Position numbers and translations under genes: made by a program. Below, one piece after another: positions 18,495-29,002 of a stretch of 64,000 nucleotides of DNA. The DNA comes from an uncultured Chloroflexia bacterium (GTDB taxonomy: Bacteria > Chloroflexota > Limnocylindria > Limnocylindrales > CSP1-4), in assembly GCA_963833285.1 (NCBI GenBank), contig CAWHXM010000005.1, forward strand, positions 285,324 through 349,323. The letters are read 5' to 3'. The notes below the pieces were generated by a model. That model was not told the origin of the DNA. It worked only from the letters and a program-made list of their open reading frames with translations, and did not search any database. Position 1 is the first letter of the stretch. Every line of letters starts with the position of its first letter.

Positions 18495-19292
18495 TCAGCT
18501 CGGCGCGGCGAGGTCCCGGCGCGGGAAGAGCACGAGGGCTGCCAGCACGGCGACGGCGGTCACGCCACCGAGCACGAGGAGATCGGTTGCATCGGGGAAG
18601 CCCGCGAGGATGGCCTTCGGGTCGAGGTAGTGGAAGACCGAGTACGGCTGGAGGCCCTGCGCATCGGGCCACAGCGACCCGAGGACGTCGAGGAAGTACG
18701 ACACCGCGACGAAGGCGAGGGTCAGGCCGAGCGCCTGCGACAGCCGGTCGAACGACGCCGACGCCAACAGGGCGATCGAGCCGATCGCCCAGTACAGCAG
18801 TGCGCCGTTGAGCCACAGGAGCGGCAACTGGCCGACCCCGAGCTCTGCGGTGCGACCGGTCAGGCTGGCCCCGATGAGCGACCCGACGATCGACCCGAGG
18901 ACCGCGATCCCGACGAACAGCGCGCCCGAGATCGCCAGCGTCGTGTAGACCATCCGCCGCGAGATCGGTCGCGACAGCATCACCTCGAGTGTGCCGCGCT
19001 GGCGCTCGCCGGCGATGGCCGCGGTCGCGAAGCCGACCGCGAAGACGAGGTTCAGCCCGACCGCGATGGGGTGGATGAAGCCGATCGCGACCGAGCCGCT
19101 CAGCGAGAAGATGTCGCCGCCCCCGAACTGGGCGAACTGCGGCGGGAAGGCCCCGCTGGCAAAGATGTCCTTGAACGCCGACCCGAACGAGTCGTAGATG
19201 ATCGGCAGGAACGTGCCCCACACCGCGAGCGCGACCGCCACGATGAGTACCCGTGTCCGGTTCGCTCGCCAGGTATGGGCGAACAGCGCGAG
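18495..19292 (-). CDS. ABC-2 family transporter permease
   Basis: Six hydrophobic helices; GTG start (VNLALFAHTW) abuts the upstream ATPase stop. The N-terminal 124 aa of the listed ORF are RP-rich overlap. Confidence 0.75.
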   Translation of the reverse strand, partial: LALFAHTWRANRTRVLIVAVALAVWGTFLPIIYDSFGSAFKDIFASGAFPPQFAQFGGGDIFSLSGSVAIGFIHPIAVGLNLVFAVGFATAAIAGERQRGTLEVMLSRPISRRMVYTTLAISGALFVGIAVLGSIVGSLIGASLTGRTAELGVGQLPLLWLNGALLYWAIGSIALLASASFDRLSQALGLTLAFVAVSYFLDVLGSLWPDAQGLQPYSVFHYLDPKAILAGFPDATDLLVLGGVTAVAVLAALVLFPRRDLAAPS

Positions 19293-19294
19293 GT

Positions 19295-20296
<1,002 letters not shown>

Positions 20297-20342
20297 CGAC
20301 CGAAGGCTACTCTAGGCGCCGACCCGTTCGCTGGAGGACCCG

Positions 20343-20723
20343 ATGCCAAAGACCGTCCCGAACCTGCCCGGCCTCGAGCCGGGCGACCTCCCGTTCTCCA
20401 AGGTCGTGGAGGCGAACGGCTTCGTGTTCCTTTCCGGGCAGGTCGGCGATGTGCCCGGCGTCCACGGGGCGGTCCCGGGCGGTATCGAGGCCGAGACCCG
20501 GGCGATGCTCGACAACGTCGGGCGGTTGCTGCGGATCGTCGGGCTCGACCATCGCGACGTGGTGCGCTGCACGGTCTACCTGCGCGACTTCGCCGACTTC
20601 GCGGCGATGAACGCGGTCTACCGCACGTACTTCCCGGCGGACGCCCCGGCCAGGGCGACGGTCGGCGTGACCGCCCTGGCCGCGGACTACCGGGTCGAGA
20701 TCGAGGTCACCGCCGCGCGCTGA
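20343..20723 (+). CDS. ridA: RidA/YjgF family reactive-intermediate deaminase
   Basis: 126 aa with the typical RidA fold signature (FVFLSGQVG ... YRVEIEVTA); GGAGGA Shine-Dalgarno. Confidence 0.85.
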   Translation: MPKTVPNLPGLEPGDLPFSKVVEANGFVFLSGQVGDVPGVHGAVPGGIEAETRAMLDNVGRLLRIVGLDHRDVVRCTVYLRDFADFAAMNAVYRTYFPADAPARATVGVTALAADYRVEIEVTAAR

Positions 20724-20733
20724 CCGGAGCGGC

Positions 20734-21621
20734 TCACCCGCCGACGGCGAGCTCGTCGATGGCCACATACGGGTGGCGCGCCGTGCCGACGACCTCGATG
20801 ACGAGCGTGTGCTTGGCGGCCGCCGTCCAGGTCTGGCTGAACACGGCCTTGCGCGCGGTGAACGAACTGCTGCGGAGGTCGACCGTCCTGACCAGCTTCC
20901 CGTCGACGGACACCCGCGCCCGGCCACGCGTCGGTCCGACGGGTCCGTACCACGTGACGCTGCTGCCGCTGAACGTGAACGTCGCGGTTGCGCCCGCCCT
21001 CGTCGCGTAGCGCACCGCGCCACCGGCGTAGCCGGCATGGGTCGCCGATGGCCACGTCCCGCGGTAGCTGATGCTCGTGCTCCGCTCCGAGTAGGAGCGC
21101 GGCGATGGGGCGACGGGGGCGACGGGAGCGACGGAGGCGACGGAGGCGACGGGCGCGACGGAGGCGACGTCGGGCGGCGCGGCATTGGCGTAGTAGCCCA
21201 TGAGCTTGGCGACATAGCGTGTCGCGTAGGCCGACCGGCCCGTGGTTACGCCCGACCCCGTCAGCCACCAGTAGGCGACGCGCGGCCAGCTTCCGAGACC
21301 GCTGTACAGCGATCGGACCTTGGCCCTCGCCACGAGCTCCTGGTTGGCCGGCGTCGGGATGGCGTTCGGGTCGCCGAGGTAGCGGTCCGCCCAGGCGCGC
21401 CAGCTGGACGGCATGATCTGGTACTTGCCATACGCGCCGGACAGTCGGTTCCGTGCGGCGTAGTCGCCCCCGGATTCCGCGCGGCCCAGGGCATCCATGA
21501 AGCGCGACATGCCGGCGGGATCGCTCGCGAGCGTGGTCGCCGGTCCACGCACGCCGAAGATGAGGCTCGCCGCGAACAGGGCGACGACGACCGCCTTGAG
21601 GCGGCCCGACAGCACTCGCAA
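20734..21621 (-). CDS. secreted SLT-type lytic transglycosylase-like protein with C-terminal beta-rich domain and VAP/VAS repeat linker
   Basis: Signal peptide; catalytic-Glu motif AESGGDYAARNRLSGAYGKYQIMPSSW; TTG start with GGAAGGAG Shine-Dalgarno. Confidence 0.7.
   Translation of the reverse strand: MRVLSGRLKAVVVALFAASLIFGVRGPATTLASDPAGMSRFMDALGRAESGGDYAARNRLSGAYGKYQIMPSSWRAWADRYLGDPNAIPTPANQELVARAKVRSLYSGLGSWPRVAYWWLTGSGVTTGRSAYATRYVAKLMGYYANAAPPDVASVAPVASVASVAPVAPVAPSPRSYSERSTSISYRGTWPSATHAGYAGGAVRYATRAGATATFTFSGSSVTWYGPVGPTRGRARVSVDGKLVRTVDLRSSSFTARKAVFSQTWTAAAKHTLVIEVVGTARHPYVAIDELAVGG
21108..21178. repeat. imperfect 9-bp tandem repeat (GCGACGGRG, about 8 copies) inside the transglycosylase gene
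   Basis: ggcgatgggg cgacgggggc gacgggagcg acggaggcga cggaggcgac gggcgcgacg gaggcgacg; encodes VAPVASVASVAPVAPVAP. Confidence 0.8.
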
Positions 21622-21848
21622 TGGAGCTCCTTCCTGCCGGGACGGCGCGGTGAGCGCGCCGAGCGTCGGCCGGGTTGCGGCGCGACCGGGGCCCGACTGG
21701 GGTCGGGCCGGGGTCGTCGCGACCGCAACATCGATTCGCTGGTCCGGGCAACGTGAGCGTCACCCGTACGCTGGGGAGCGACACGATACGAGCCGCCCGG
21801 ACCGAAGGCAACCCCGGTGATTCGCCTTATCCCGTCGAGTGAGCGCGA

Positions 21849-22377
21849 TCAGCTCGCCGGGGCCGCCGCATGGAGGAAGGCTGCGGCGCGATCCAGCGCG
21901 TCGTCGAGGACGGGCTTGAGCGTGTGCCCGAGGCGCGGGTACGTCACCAGCTCGCCCCGTGCCAGGAGCGCGACGTGCGCCCGCAACAGGTCGATCCGGG
22001 CGAACGGATCCGACTCCCCGGAGAGGAGCAGCACCGGGCAGCGGATGGCCGGCCAGTGGGCGATCCGCGCATCGGTGCGTTCCGGAGCGCCGGGTGGGTG
22101 GAGCGGGTAGCTGAAGCAGATCAGCGCGAGATATGGAGCGTCGGGTTCGGCGGCGGCAAGGCTGGCCACGCGTCCGCCGAACGAATGGCCGCCGACCGCG
22201 ACGTCGCGCTCCGAGGGTACGGCCAGGTGGAAGGCCGGCAGCGCGTCCTCCGCCTTCCGCCGCGGCAGGTCGATGGCGGTGGCCGCGACCCCGCGAGCGC
22301 GCAGGCCTTCGACGAACGGCGCCATGCTGGCCGACGTTCCGCTGGCGCCATGACCCAGGAAGCAGCGCACGCTCACG
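21849..22377 (-). CDS. alpha/beta hydrolase (dienelactone-hydrolase-like)
   Basis: GHSFGG nucleophile elbow with D and H later (SGESDPF, GHTLKP). Only the C-terminal 175 aa of the 512-aa listed ORF look protein-like. Confidence 0.7.
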
Positions 22378-22814
22378 ACGACAGGGTAGCCCGCTCGTGG
22401 GTCGCCCGAGGGTCGTCCTGCGGATGCCTCGTCGTCCGCGGCACAGCCGCCGACAGCCGGCTCCAACTGTGGTCGAAGCCGTCGGCGTACGACCAGTACC
22501 GCGGCGTGCTCCGGATCCTGGCCGCCAAGACCCCCACGATCAACGTCGTCAACGAGCTCTCGCTCGAGACCTACCTGCGCGGCGTCGTCCCGGTGGAGAT
22601 GCCGTCGACCTGGCCGGGGCCGGCACCGAAGGCGCAGGCGATCGCCGCGCGCTCGTACGCCGCCCGCCGGCTGCGCCGCGGCGTGACCCTCATCGGCAGT
22701 GCGGGCAGCCGGAAGGTCTCCAGCAAGGTCTTCCGTTCGGCCTTCGACGCCCGGCGACCGCCGGACGACCCGATGATGCGCAGCACGCTGGTCGCCACCG
22801 CACCCATCCCCTGA
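22347..22814 (+). pseudogene. SpoIID/LytB-domain gene remnant (central part of the domain only)
   Basis: YRGVLRILAAKTPTINVVNELSLETYLRGVVPVEMPSTWPGPAPKAQAIAARSYA matches the SpoIID core (N..LE.YL.GVVP.EMP..W..EALKAQAVAART). The domain N- and C-terminal thirds are absent and the flanks are low complexity. Confidence 0.4.
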
Positions 22815-22823
22815 GCCGCTATC

Positions 22824-23417
22824 GTGGCGGCCATGGTGGAGCCACGACCCCGCTGCACATGGGCCGGCACCGACGGCCCGAGCCCCGATCCGCTGATGGT
22901 CGCCTACCACGACGACGAGTGGGGCACGCCCGTCCACGATGACGTCGAGCTGTTCGAGCGGCTCGCGCTCGAGTCGTTCCAGGCCGGGCTGTCGTGGTCG
23001 ACGATCCTGCGCAAGCGCGAGGCCTTCCGGGCCGCGTTCGCGGGCTTCGATCCGCACCGGGTGGCCGCCTTCGACGAGGCCGACCGGGCGCGCCTGATGG
23101 CCGACGCGGGCATCGTCCGGAACGGCGCGAAGATCGATGCGACGGTCGCTAATGCGGCCGCCCTCCTGGTGACGAGCGCGGCGTTCGGGTCGTTCGACCG
23201 GTACCTCGCGTCGATCGTGCCCGGACCGCCCGTCCCGTTGCCGGCGGCGGCGATGCCGGGGGGCATCCCCGCCACCACGCCCGTCTCGGACGCGCTGTCG
23301 AAGGATCTCCGCGGTCGGGGCTTCCGGTTCGTCGGCTCGACGATCGTCTACGCGTTCATGCAGAGCGTCGGGCTCGTCGACGATCACGTCCCTGGCTGCT
23401 TCCGCTACCGGGGCTGA
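22824..23417 (+). CDS. tag: DNA-3-methyladenine glycosylase I
   Basis: Signature YHDDEWG and ESFQAGLSWSTIL. Confidence 0.9.
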   Translation: MAAMVEPRPRCTWAGTDGPSPDPLMVAYHDDEWGTPVHDDVELFERLALESFQAGLSWSTILRKREAFRAAFAGFDPHRVAAFDEADRARLMADAGIVRNGAKIDATVANAAALLVTSAAFGSFDRYLASIVPGPPVPLPAAAMPGGIPATTPVSDALSKDLRGRGFRFVGSTIVYAFMQSVGLVDDHVPGCFRYRG

Positions 23418-23426
23418 CCATCGCGT

Positions 23427-24278
23427 TCAGAGGTCGCGACGCTCGAACCACCAGGTCGCGCCACCGAGCACCAGCGCGATCCACAGCGCCGACCAGCCGA
23501 CGAAGGCGAGCGACGGCGGGTTCGCGGCGTAGAACGGGTTCGCCTCGATGAGGCCGGGCGCGCGTCCGGCCGCGATGAGCACCACGAGCGGCGGTTCGAG
23601 CCCGTAGATGACGCCACGCCACAGGCCGTCGCTCGGGAACAGCCAGCGGCTCAGCTCGGCGACCGGGCCAAGTCCGGACACACCCAGGGCGGTGGCGACA
23701 CCGGCCAGCACGCCGGCCATCCAGCCAAGCCCGAATGCGACGACCGCGATCGAACCGGCGGCGATCGACGGCAGCACCGATCCGAGCGCGAGCGTCAGCG
23801 TGAGCAGGACGAGCGCCTGGCCGGCCAGGAAGGCCACCGCCAGCTCCGGGTGGGGCGGCCCGAAGCCCGAGATGATGACAGCGACCGCGACGGCCAGCAG
23901 CCCCGACGCCGCGGCGTAGACCGTCACCACGAGCGCGCTGCCCAGCCAGCGCCCCACCAGGACATCCGCTCGCCGCAGGGGCCGGGCGAGGATCGCGTAG
24001 GCGACGCCACTCTCGAGGTCGCCGCCGATCGCCGGCGCCCCGATGAACGCGGCCGTCATCGCCAGCACGAAGCTGAACATGAAGGCGATGAGGATGAGGA
24101 CCTGCGAGACGCCGATCTGGATGTCCACGGCCGTGGACCCGCCCTCGCGCGCGAGGACGATGAGCCGGTCGAGGCCCCAGGCGACGAGCGCGATCGAGAC
24201 TACGGTCAGCGCGGCGAGGACCCACACGACGCGGCGGCGGACGAGCTCGCGGACGGTCAGCCGCGCGATGGCGATCAC
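23427..24278 (-). CDS. ABC-2 family transporter permease
   Basis: Six TM helices; GTG start abuts the ATPase stop. Confidence 0.75.
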   Translation of the reverse strand: MIAIARLTVRELVRRRVVWVLAALTVVSIALVAWGLDRLIVLAREGGSTAVDIQIGVSQVLILIAFMFSFVLAMTAAFIGAPAIGGDLESGVAYAILARPLRRADVLVGRWLGSALVVTVYAAASGLLAVAVAVIISGFGPPHPELAVAFLAGQALVLLTLTLALGSVLPSIAAGSIAVVAFGLGWMAGVLAGVATALGVSGLGPVAELSRWLFPSDGLWRGVIYGLEPPLVVLIAAGRAPGLIEANPFYAANPPSLAFVGWSALWIALVLGGATWWFERRDL

Positions 24279-25201
24279 GGCGCGTCGTCCGGGTCCCCGA
24301 GGAGCTCGAGGAAGCGCGATTCGAGCGAGCCCCGTCCGGGCTCGACGGCGTGGACCCGGCCGCCGCCGGCGACGATCGCGGCGACGAGTTCGGGGATCCG
24401 GTCCGCGGCGAACGGCCTGACGGACAGCCACTCGCCGTCGACGGCGGCCGGGCCGAACGGAGCGGCGATCGCCCGGCCCGTGTCGGCGACGTTCGTCACC
24501 CGCAGGCGGACCCCGTCGACGGCAACGACCTCGTCAAGCGGGCCGGCGGCGATCGACCGGCCGTGGTGCAGGATGACCACCCGATCGCACACCTGCTCGA
24601 CCTCGGTCAGGAGGTGCGAATTGAGGATGACCGTCGCCCCGCGATCGCGAGCCGCACGGACGATGGACCGGACGTCTGTCCGGCCGAGCGGGTCGAGCGC
24701 GGACGTCGGCTCGTCGAGCAGGACGAGCTCGGGATCGCCGAGCAGCGCGACGCCGAGCCCGAGCCGCTGCTGCATCCCCTTCGAGAAGCCGCTGACCGAG
24801 TCGTCGCCTCTATCCGCGAGACCGACGCGGTCGAGCGCGTCGTCGACGGCGCGCCGGTGGTCCCGGCCGGGGAGATGGGCGAGACCCGCGTGGAGGGCAA
24901 GCACCTCGCGCGCGTGCAGCCATGGCTGGTAGCGGAAGAGCTCGGGGAGGTAGCCGATCCGCGCTCGCGCCGCCCGGTCGCCGAGCGCCGCGCCAAGGAC
25001 GCGGCCCGAGCCCGAGGTCGGTCGCGCCAGGCCGAGCAGGAGCTTGATCGTGGTCGTCTTGCCGGCGCCGTTCGGACCGAGCAGCCCGACGATCTCGCCA
25101 CGCCCCACGGTCAGGTCCAGGCCGGCCAGGGCAGTCGTCCGGCCATAGGTCTTGACCACCCCCTCGAGCGCGATGACGGGGTTTGACACGCTAGCTGTCA
25201 C
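24275..25201 (-). CDS. ABC transporter ATP-binding protein
   Basis: GPNGAGKTTT, signature SGFSKGMQQR, LVLLDEP. Confidence 0.9.
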   Translation of the reverse strand: MTASVSNPVIALEGVVKTYGRTTALAGLDLTVGRGEIVGLLGPNGAGKTTTIKLLLGLARPTSGSGRVLGAALGDRAARARIGYLPELFRYQPWLHAREVLALHAGLAHLPGRDHRRAVDDALDRVGLADRGDDSVSGFSKGMQQRLGLGVALLGDPELVLLDEPTSALDPLGRTDVRSIVRAARDRGATVILNSHLLTEVEQVCDRVVILHHGRSIAAGPLDEVVAVDGVRLRVTNVADTGRAIAAPFGPAAVDGEWLSVRPFAADRIPELVAAIVAGGGRVHAVEPGRGSLESRFLELLGDPDDAP

Positions 25202-25256
25202 GAGGCCCCGCCAGGGTTCGGGTCAGAGCAACCTTCTGGAGTGGAGGCACACGCGG

Positions 25257-25400
25257 ATGATGCATGTCGAGTGTCCATGGTGCGCCGGGCCGGCGACCGT
25301 CGAGGCCGGCCCGGCCGGTGCGTTCGAGTGCACGGGGTGCGCCGTCCGGATCGACATCGCGCCGGAGCCCGTGAGCGAGCCGGTCGCCCGCGCAGCCTGA
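25257..25400 (+). CDS. small zinc-ribbon protein (47 aa)
   Basis: MMHVECPWCAGPATVEAGPAGAFECTGCAVRIDI has CxxC and CxxC pairs 19 aa apart. Confidence 0.4.
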   Translation: MMHVECPWCAGPATVEAGPAGAFECTGCAVRIDIAPEPVSEPVARAA

Positions 25401-25507
25401 GGGACGCACCCGTCGCGCTCCCCGTGACGCTTCGCACGGGGCGGGCGAGCGCCCCGGGTTGCCGGTCCCCGTCGCGAGCGACCCGTCTCGCCGCGTACGA
25501 TGACGCG

Positions 25508-26164
25508 GTGGATCGCCGTGCCGCCGCCGATGGGTTGATCGCGGCCGGTCGCCGTCTCGGTGCGCGGGGCCTGATCTCGGCCGGAGAGGGCAACCTGTCG
25601 GTCCGCCTCGATGCCGACCGGCTGCTGATGACCCCGACCGGGCTGCGCAAGGATGAGCTCGGCGCCGACGACCTCGTCGTTGTCTGGCTCGGCCATCCCG
25701 ACCGAGAGGCGGTTTCGCCGAGCGGGCACGGTCCATCCTCGGACCTTGCCATCCATCTCGCCGTGCATGCTGCGCGACCGGACATCGGTGCCGTCGCCCA
25801 CGCCCACCTCCCGGCGTTGATGAGCCTGACGCTGGCGGGCGAGATACCGGACCCGGCGGCGCTGCCGGAGACCGCGTTCCATCTGCCCCGACTCCCGTTC
25901 CTCGTCTTCGGGGAGATGGGCAGCCAGGAGCTCGCCGGCCGCATCGCGGCAGCCCTCTCGGATCCGCCGGAGCCGGCCGCCTCCGCCGTCCTCCTCGAAC
26001 GGCACGGCGCAGTGGCAGTCGGGCGCGATCCGGCCCACGCCGTCGATCGTCTCGAGCTCGTCGAGGTCCTGTGCCGGACGTGGCGCGACGCGCTCCTGAT
26101 TCGCGCGGCGAGAGCCGATGTGGGTATCGTGGACGCGCCCAGTTCCATAGAGTCGGAGAGATGA
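25508..26164 (+). CDS. class II aldolase/adducin family protein
   Basis: SAGEGNLSVR and HAHLPALMSL motifs; GTG start 27 aa before GNLSVR. Confidence 0.75.
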   Translation: MDRRAAADGLIAAGRRLGARGLISAGEGNLSVRLDADRLLMTPTGLRKDELGADDLVVVWLGHPDREAVSPSGHGPSSDLAIHLAVHAARPDIGAVAHAHLPALMSLTLAGEIPDPAALPETAFHLPRLPFLVFGEMGSQELAGRIAAALSDPPEPAASAVLLERHGAVAVGRDPAHAVDRLELVEVLCRTWRDALLIRAARADVGIVDAPSSIESER

Positions 26165-26832
26165 TGAACGCGAGGAAGTACCTGGCCGAGCTGCTCGGCA
26201 CGTTCCTGTTCATGATGGCCGGCTACGCGTCGGTGGCGAACTTCGGTCTCGCCCAGCCGGCGATCCCGGGGATCCTCGTCGTCCCCTTCTCGTTCGGCCT
26301 TGGCCTGTTGGCGGCGATCTACGCCTTCGGCCACGTCTCGGGTGGGCATTTCAACCCGGCGGTGACGGTGGCGATGGTCCTCGATAAGCGCACCGCACCG
26401 ATCGACGCGGTCGGCTACATCGTCGCCCAGATCATCGGCGCGATCGCCGCCGCCGCCGTCATCTACGTGACCGTGAGCCAGGCCGCGGTGACGGCCGGCA
26501 TCACCAAGCCCGGAGCCGGCATCAGCGACGTCAGCGCGCTGGTCCTCGAGACCGTGTTCACGGCGATCTTCCTGATCGTCATCCTGACCGCCTCGAAGCG
26601 CGCCGGGGACTTCGCCGGACTGGCCATCGCGCTCACGCTCGTCGCGATCCACTTCGCCATCGCGAACGTGACCGGATCGTCGGTCAACCCCGCGCGCTCG
26701 ATCGGCTCCGCCCTCGTCGGCGGTGACCTGACCGGCCTGTGGATCTACCTCGTCGGACCGACCGTCGGGGGGATCATCGGCTGGGGGATCTTCAGGGCGA
26801 TGGAGATGACCGGCGACGAGCCGGCGACCTGA
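26161..26832 (+). CDS. aquaporin / MIP-family channel
   Basis: Two NPA boxes (GHFNPAVT, SVNPARS) and six TM helices; overlaps the aldolase stop. Confidence 0.9.
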   Translation: MMNARKYLAELLGTFLFMMAGYASVANFGLAQPAIPGILVVPFSFGLGLLAAIYAFGHVSGGHFNPAVTVAMVLDKRTAPIDAVGYIVAQIIGAIAAAAVIYVTVSQAAVTAGITKPGAGISDVSALVLETVFTAIFLIVILTASKRAGDFAGLAIALTLVAIHFAIANVTGSSVNPARSIGSALVGGDLTGLWIYLVGPTVGGIIGWGIFRAMEMTGDEPAT

Positions 26833-26950
26833 TCCTTACAGCCGGATCATGACGCAGGCGTCCCAGTCGCGGCGCGTCTCGTTCACGGCCCGATGCCACG
26901 TGCGGCCGCTGCCGGCGTCCGGGTCAGCCCGCTGGCCGCGACGCCGGGGC

Positions 26951-27547
26951 TCAGCCCTCGAGCGAGGCGAGCCTCCGGATCAGCGCGAGGCGCTCGATGG
27001 CGACGACCGTCATCGCATCGGTGATCTGGCCGTCGAGGGTCATCGCCAGGACGTCGTCGAACGGCAGCCAGCGGACCTCGAGCGCCTCGGTCGCATCCGG
27101 CGTCGCGGCTGCCTGCCGGAGGTCGGTCGCGAGGAAGAGCACCGCTAGCTCGTCCGAGACCGAGTTCGAGAGGTGGAGTCTGGCGAGCTCGCGCCACGTC
27201 CCGGCCTCGACCCCGGTCTCCTCGCGCAGCTCGCGCCGGGCGCCCTCGAGCGCGGTCTCGCCGTCCGGCACGCCGCCCTCCGGGATCTCCCAGGAGTACG
27301 CGTCGAGGGTGTAGCGGTGCTGCCCGACGAGCACGACGCGGTCGCGTTCGTCGATGGCCAGCACGCCCGCCGCCTGGTTGGCGAAATGGACGACCCCGTA
27401 GATCCCTGGACTGCCGTCGGGGCGGGTCACCTCGTCGTGCCAGATGGTGACCCAGGCATTCTCGTAGGCGACCCGCCGCGAGCGCCGGAACCACGGACCG
27501 TTGGCGATCGGCGGCCCATCCGTCGAGTGTTCATCCTCCATCGAGCC
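26951..27547 (-). CDS. NUDIX hydrolase (ADP-ribose pyrophosphatase-like)
   Basis: Nudix box GGVPDGETALEGARRELREETGV. The listed ORF continues upstream through RP-rich sequence that overlaps the divergent aminotransferase and is not called. Confidence 0.8.
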   Translation of the reverse strand, partial: GSMEDEHSTDGPPIANGPWFRRSRRVAYENAWVTIWHDEVTRPDGSPGIYGVVHFANQAAGVLAIDERDRVVLVGQHRYTLDAYSWEIPEGGVPDGETALEGARRELREETGVEAGTWRELARLHLSNSVSDELAVLFLATDLRQAAATPDATEALEVRWLPFDDVLAMTLDGQITDAMTVVAIERLALIRRLASLEG

Positions 27548-27817
27548 ATGGTCGCACCTCGTGGTTGCCCGCGCCCAGCCCGCGGCCGCTCGTCGGTAGG
27601 CTCGTCGAGGAGGCCGGCACGGGCGAAGCTGCGGGCGTTCTCGCCGGGGGCCCGCTGGCGGAGGCCGGCTCCGACCGCTACCGAGCATTGCCCGATGGGC
27701 GCCGGCTGTACTCGGCTCGAGGTCGACCTCGACGGCGAGCCGTTCTTCCGTCGAACCTGGGACGAGGCGATCGAGCGGCGGCTCGTGTGAGCCGTCGCCG
27801 GTCGTAGACTGGCGCCC

Positions 27818-28996
27818 ATGCCACGTCCCCGGATCTCGGCCAAGGCCGAGCGCTTCACCGAGTCGGTCATCCGCGAGATGAACCGGCTCGCGGTCGCGGC
27901 CGGCGCGGTCAGCCTGGCCCAGGGGTTCCCCGACTTCGCCTGCCCACCGGAGCTCAAGGCCGCTGCGGCGGCCGCCGTCCACGACGACATCAACCAGTAC
28001 GCGATCACGTGGGGCAGCAAGCCCCTGCGCGACGCGATCGCACGATCCACCGTCGCCCACTTCCAGGGCTGGGGCGAGATCGACCCCGAGACGCAGGTCA
28101 CGGTCACCTGCGGCGCGACCGAGGCGATGGTCGCAGCGATGCTCGGCCTGCTCGATCCGGGCGACGAGATCGTGGTGTTCGAGCCGTACTACGAGAACTA
28201 CGGACCCGACGCGATCCTGACCGGCGCGGTCCCGCGCTACGTCACGCTCCATGAGCCGGACTGGTCGATCGAACCGGACGAGCTGCGGGCCGCGTTCGGG
28301 TCGCGCACGCGTGGCATCGTCGTCAACTCCCCGCACAACCCGACCGGCAAGGTCTTCCGCCGAGATGAGCTCGAGCTGATCGCGGGCCTTTGCGTCGAGT
28401 TCGATGCAATCGCCTTCACCGACGACATCTACGAGCACATCGTGTTCGAGGGCGAGCACATCCCGATGGCGACGCTCCGTGGCATGGCCGAGCGGACCGT
28501 GTCGATCCACTCGATGTCGAAGTCGTACTCGGTCACCGGCTGGCGGATCGGCTGGACCATCGCGCCACCGGATCTGTCGGTCGGCATCCGGCGCGTCCAC
28601 GACTTCCTGACCGTGGGCGCTGCCGCTCCGCTGCAGGCCGCGGCGGTCGTGGCCCTCGGCTTCCCGGACTCGTACTACGACGAGCTGGTCGCCGGCTATC
28701 GCGCCCGGCGCGACCTCCTGCTGCCCGCCCTGCGGTCGGCCGGCTTCCGTATCCACGAGCCGGCCGGCGCCTACTACGTGATGACCGACATCGCCGACCT
28801 GGCTGAGACCGGCGAGGACGACGTGGCGTTCGCGCTTCGGATCATCGCCGACCCGGGCATCGCGGCCGTCCCCGGATCGTCGTTCTTCTCGCGACCCGAG
28901 CTCGGCCGCTCCAAGCTCCGCTTCGCGTTTCCCAAGCGGACCGACACGCTGCGGGCGGCAGCGGACCGGCTGGCTCGCCTCGCGGTCCGGGCGTGA
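27818..28996 (+). CDS. pyridoxal-phosphate-dependent aminotransferase, class I/II
   Basis: PLP-lysine motif SMSKSYSVTGWRIGW. TAGACT lies 7 nt before the ATG, suggesting a leaderless mRNA. Confidence 0.85.
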   Translation: MPRPRISAKAERFTESVIREMNRLAVAAGAVSLAQGFPDFACPPELKAAAAAAVHDDINQYAITWGSKPLRDAIARSTVAHFQGWGEIDPETQVTVTCGATEAMVAAMLGLLDPGDEIVVFEPYYENYGPDAILTGAVPRYVTLHEPDWSIEPDELRAAFGSRTRGIVVNSPHNPTGKVFRRDELELIAGLCVEFDAIAFTDDIYEHIVFEGEHIPMATLRGMAERTVSIHSMSKSYSVTGWRIGWTIAPPDLSVGIRRVHDFLTVGAAAPLQAAAVVALGFPDSYYDELVAGYRARRDLLLPALRSAGFRIHEPAGAYYVMTDIADLAETGEDDVAFALRIIADPGIAAVPGSSFFSRPELGRSKLRFAFPKRTDTLRAAADRLARLAVRA

Positions 28997-29002
28997 CCGC
29001 CG

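Noticed and set aside
22378-23387. N-terminal 335 codons of the 512-aa ORF containing the alpha/beta hydrolase
   Set aside because: Antisense to the tag gene and the SpoIID remnant; RP-rich; the hydrolase core needs only about 175 aa.
27548-28756. Upstream 400 codons of the 601-aa ORF containing the NUDIX gene
   Set aside because: Only the last 198 codons carry the Nudix box; the remainder is antisense to the aminotransferase gene and low complexity.
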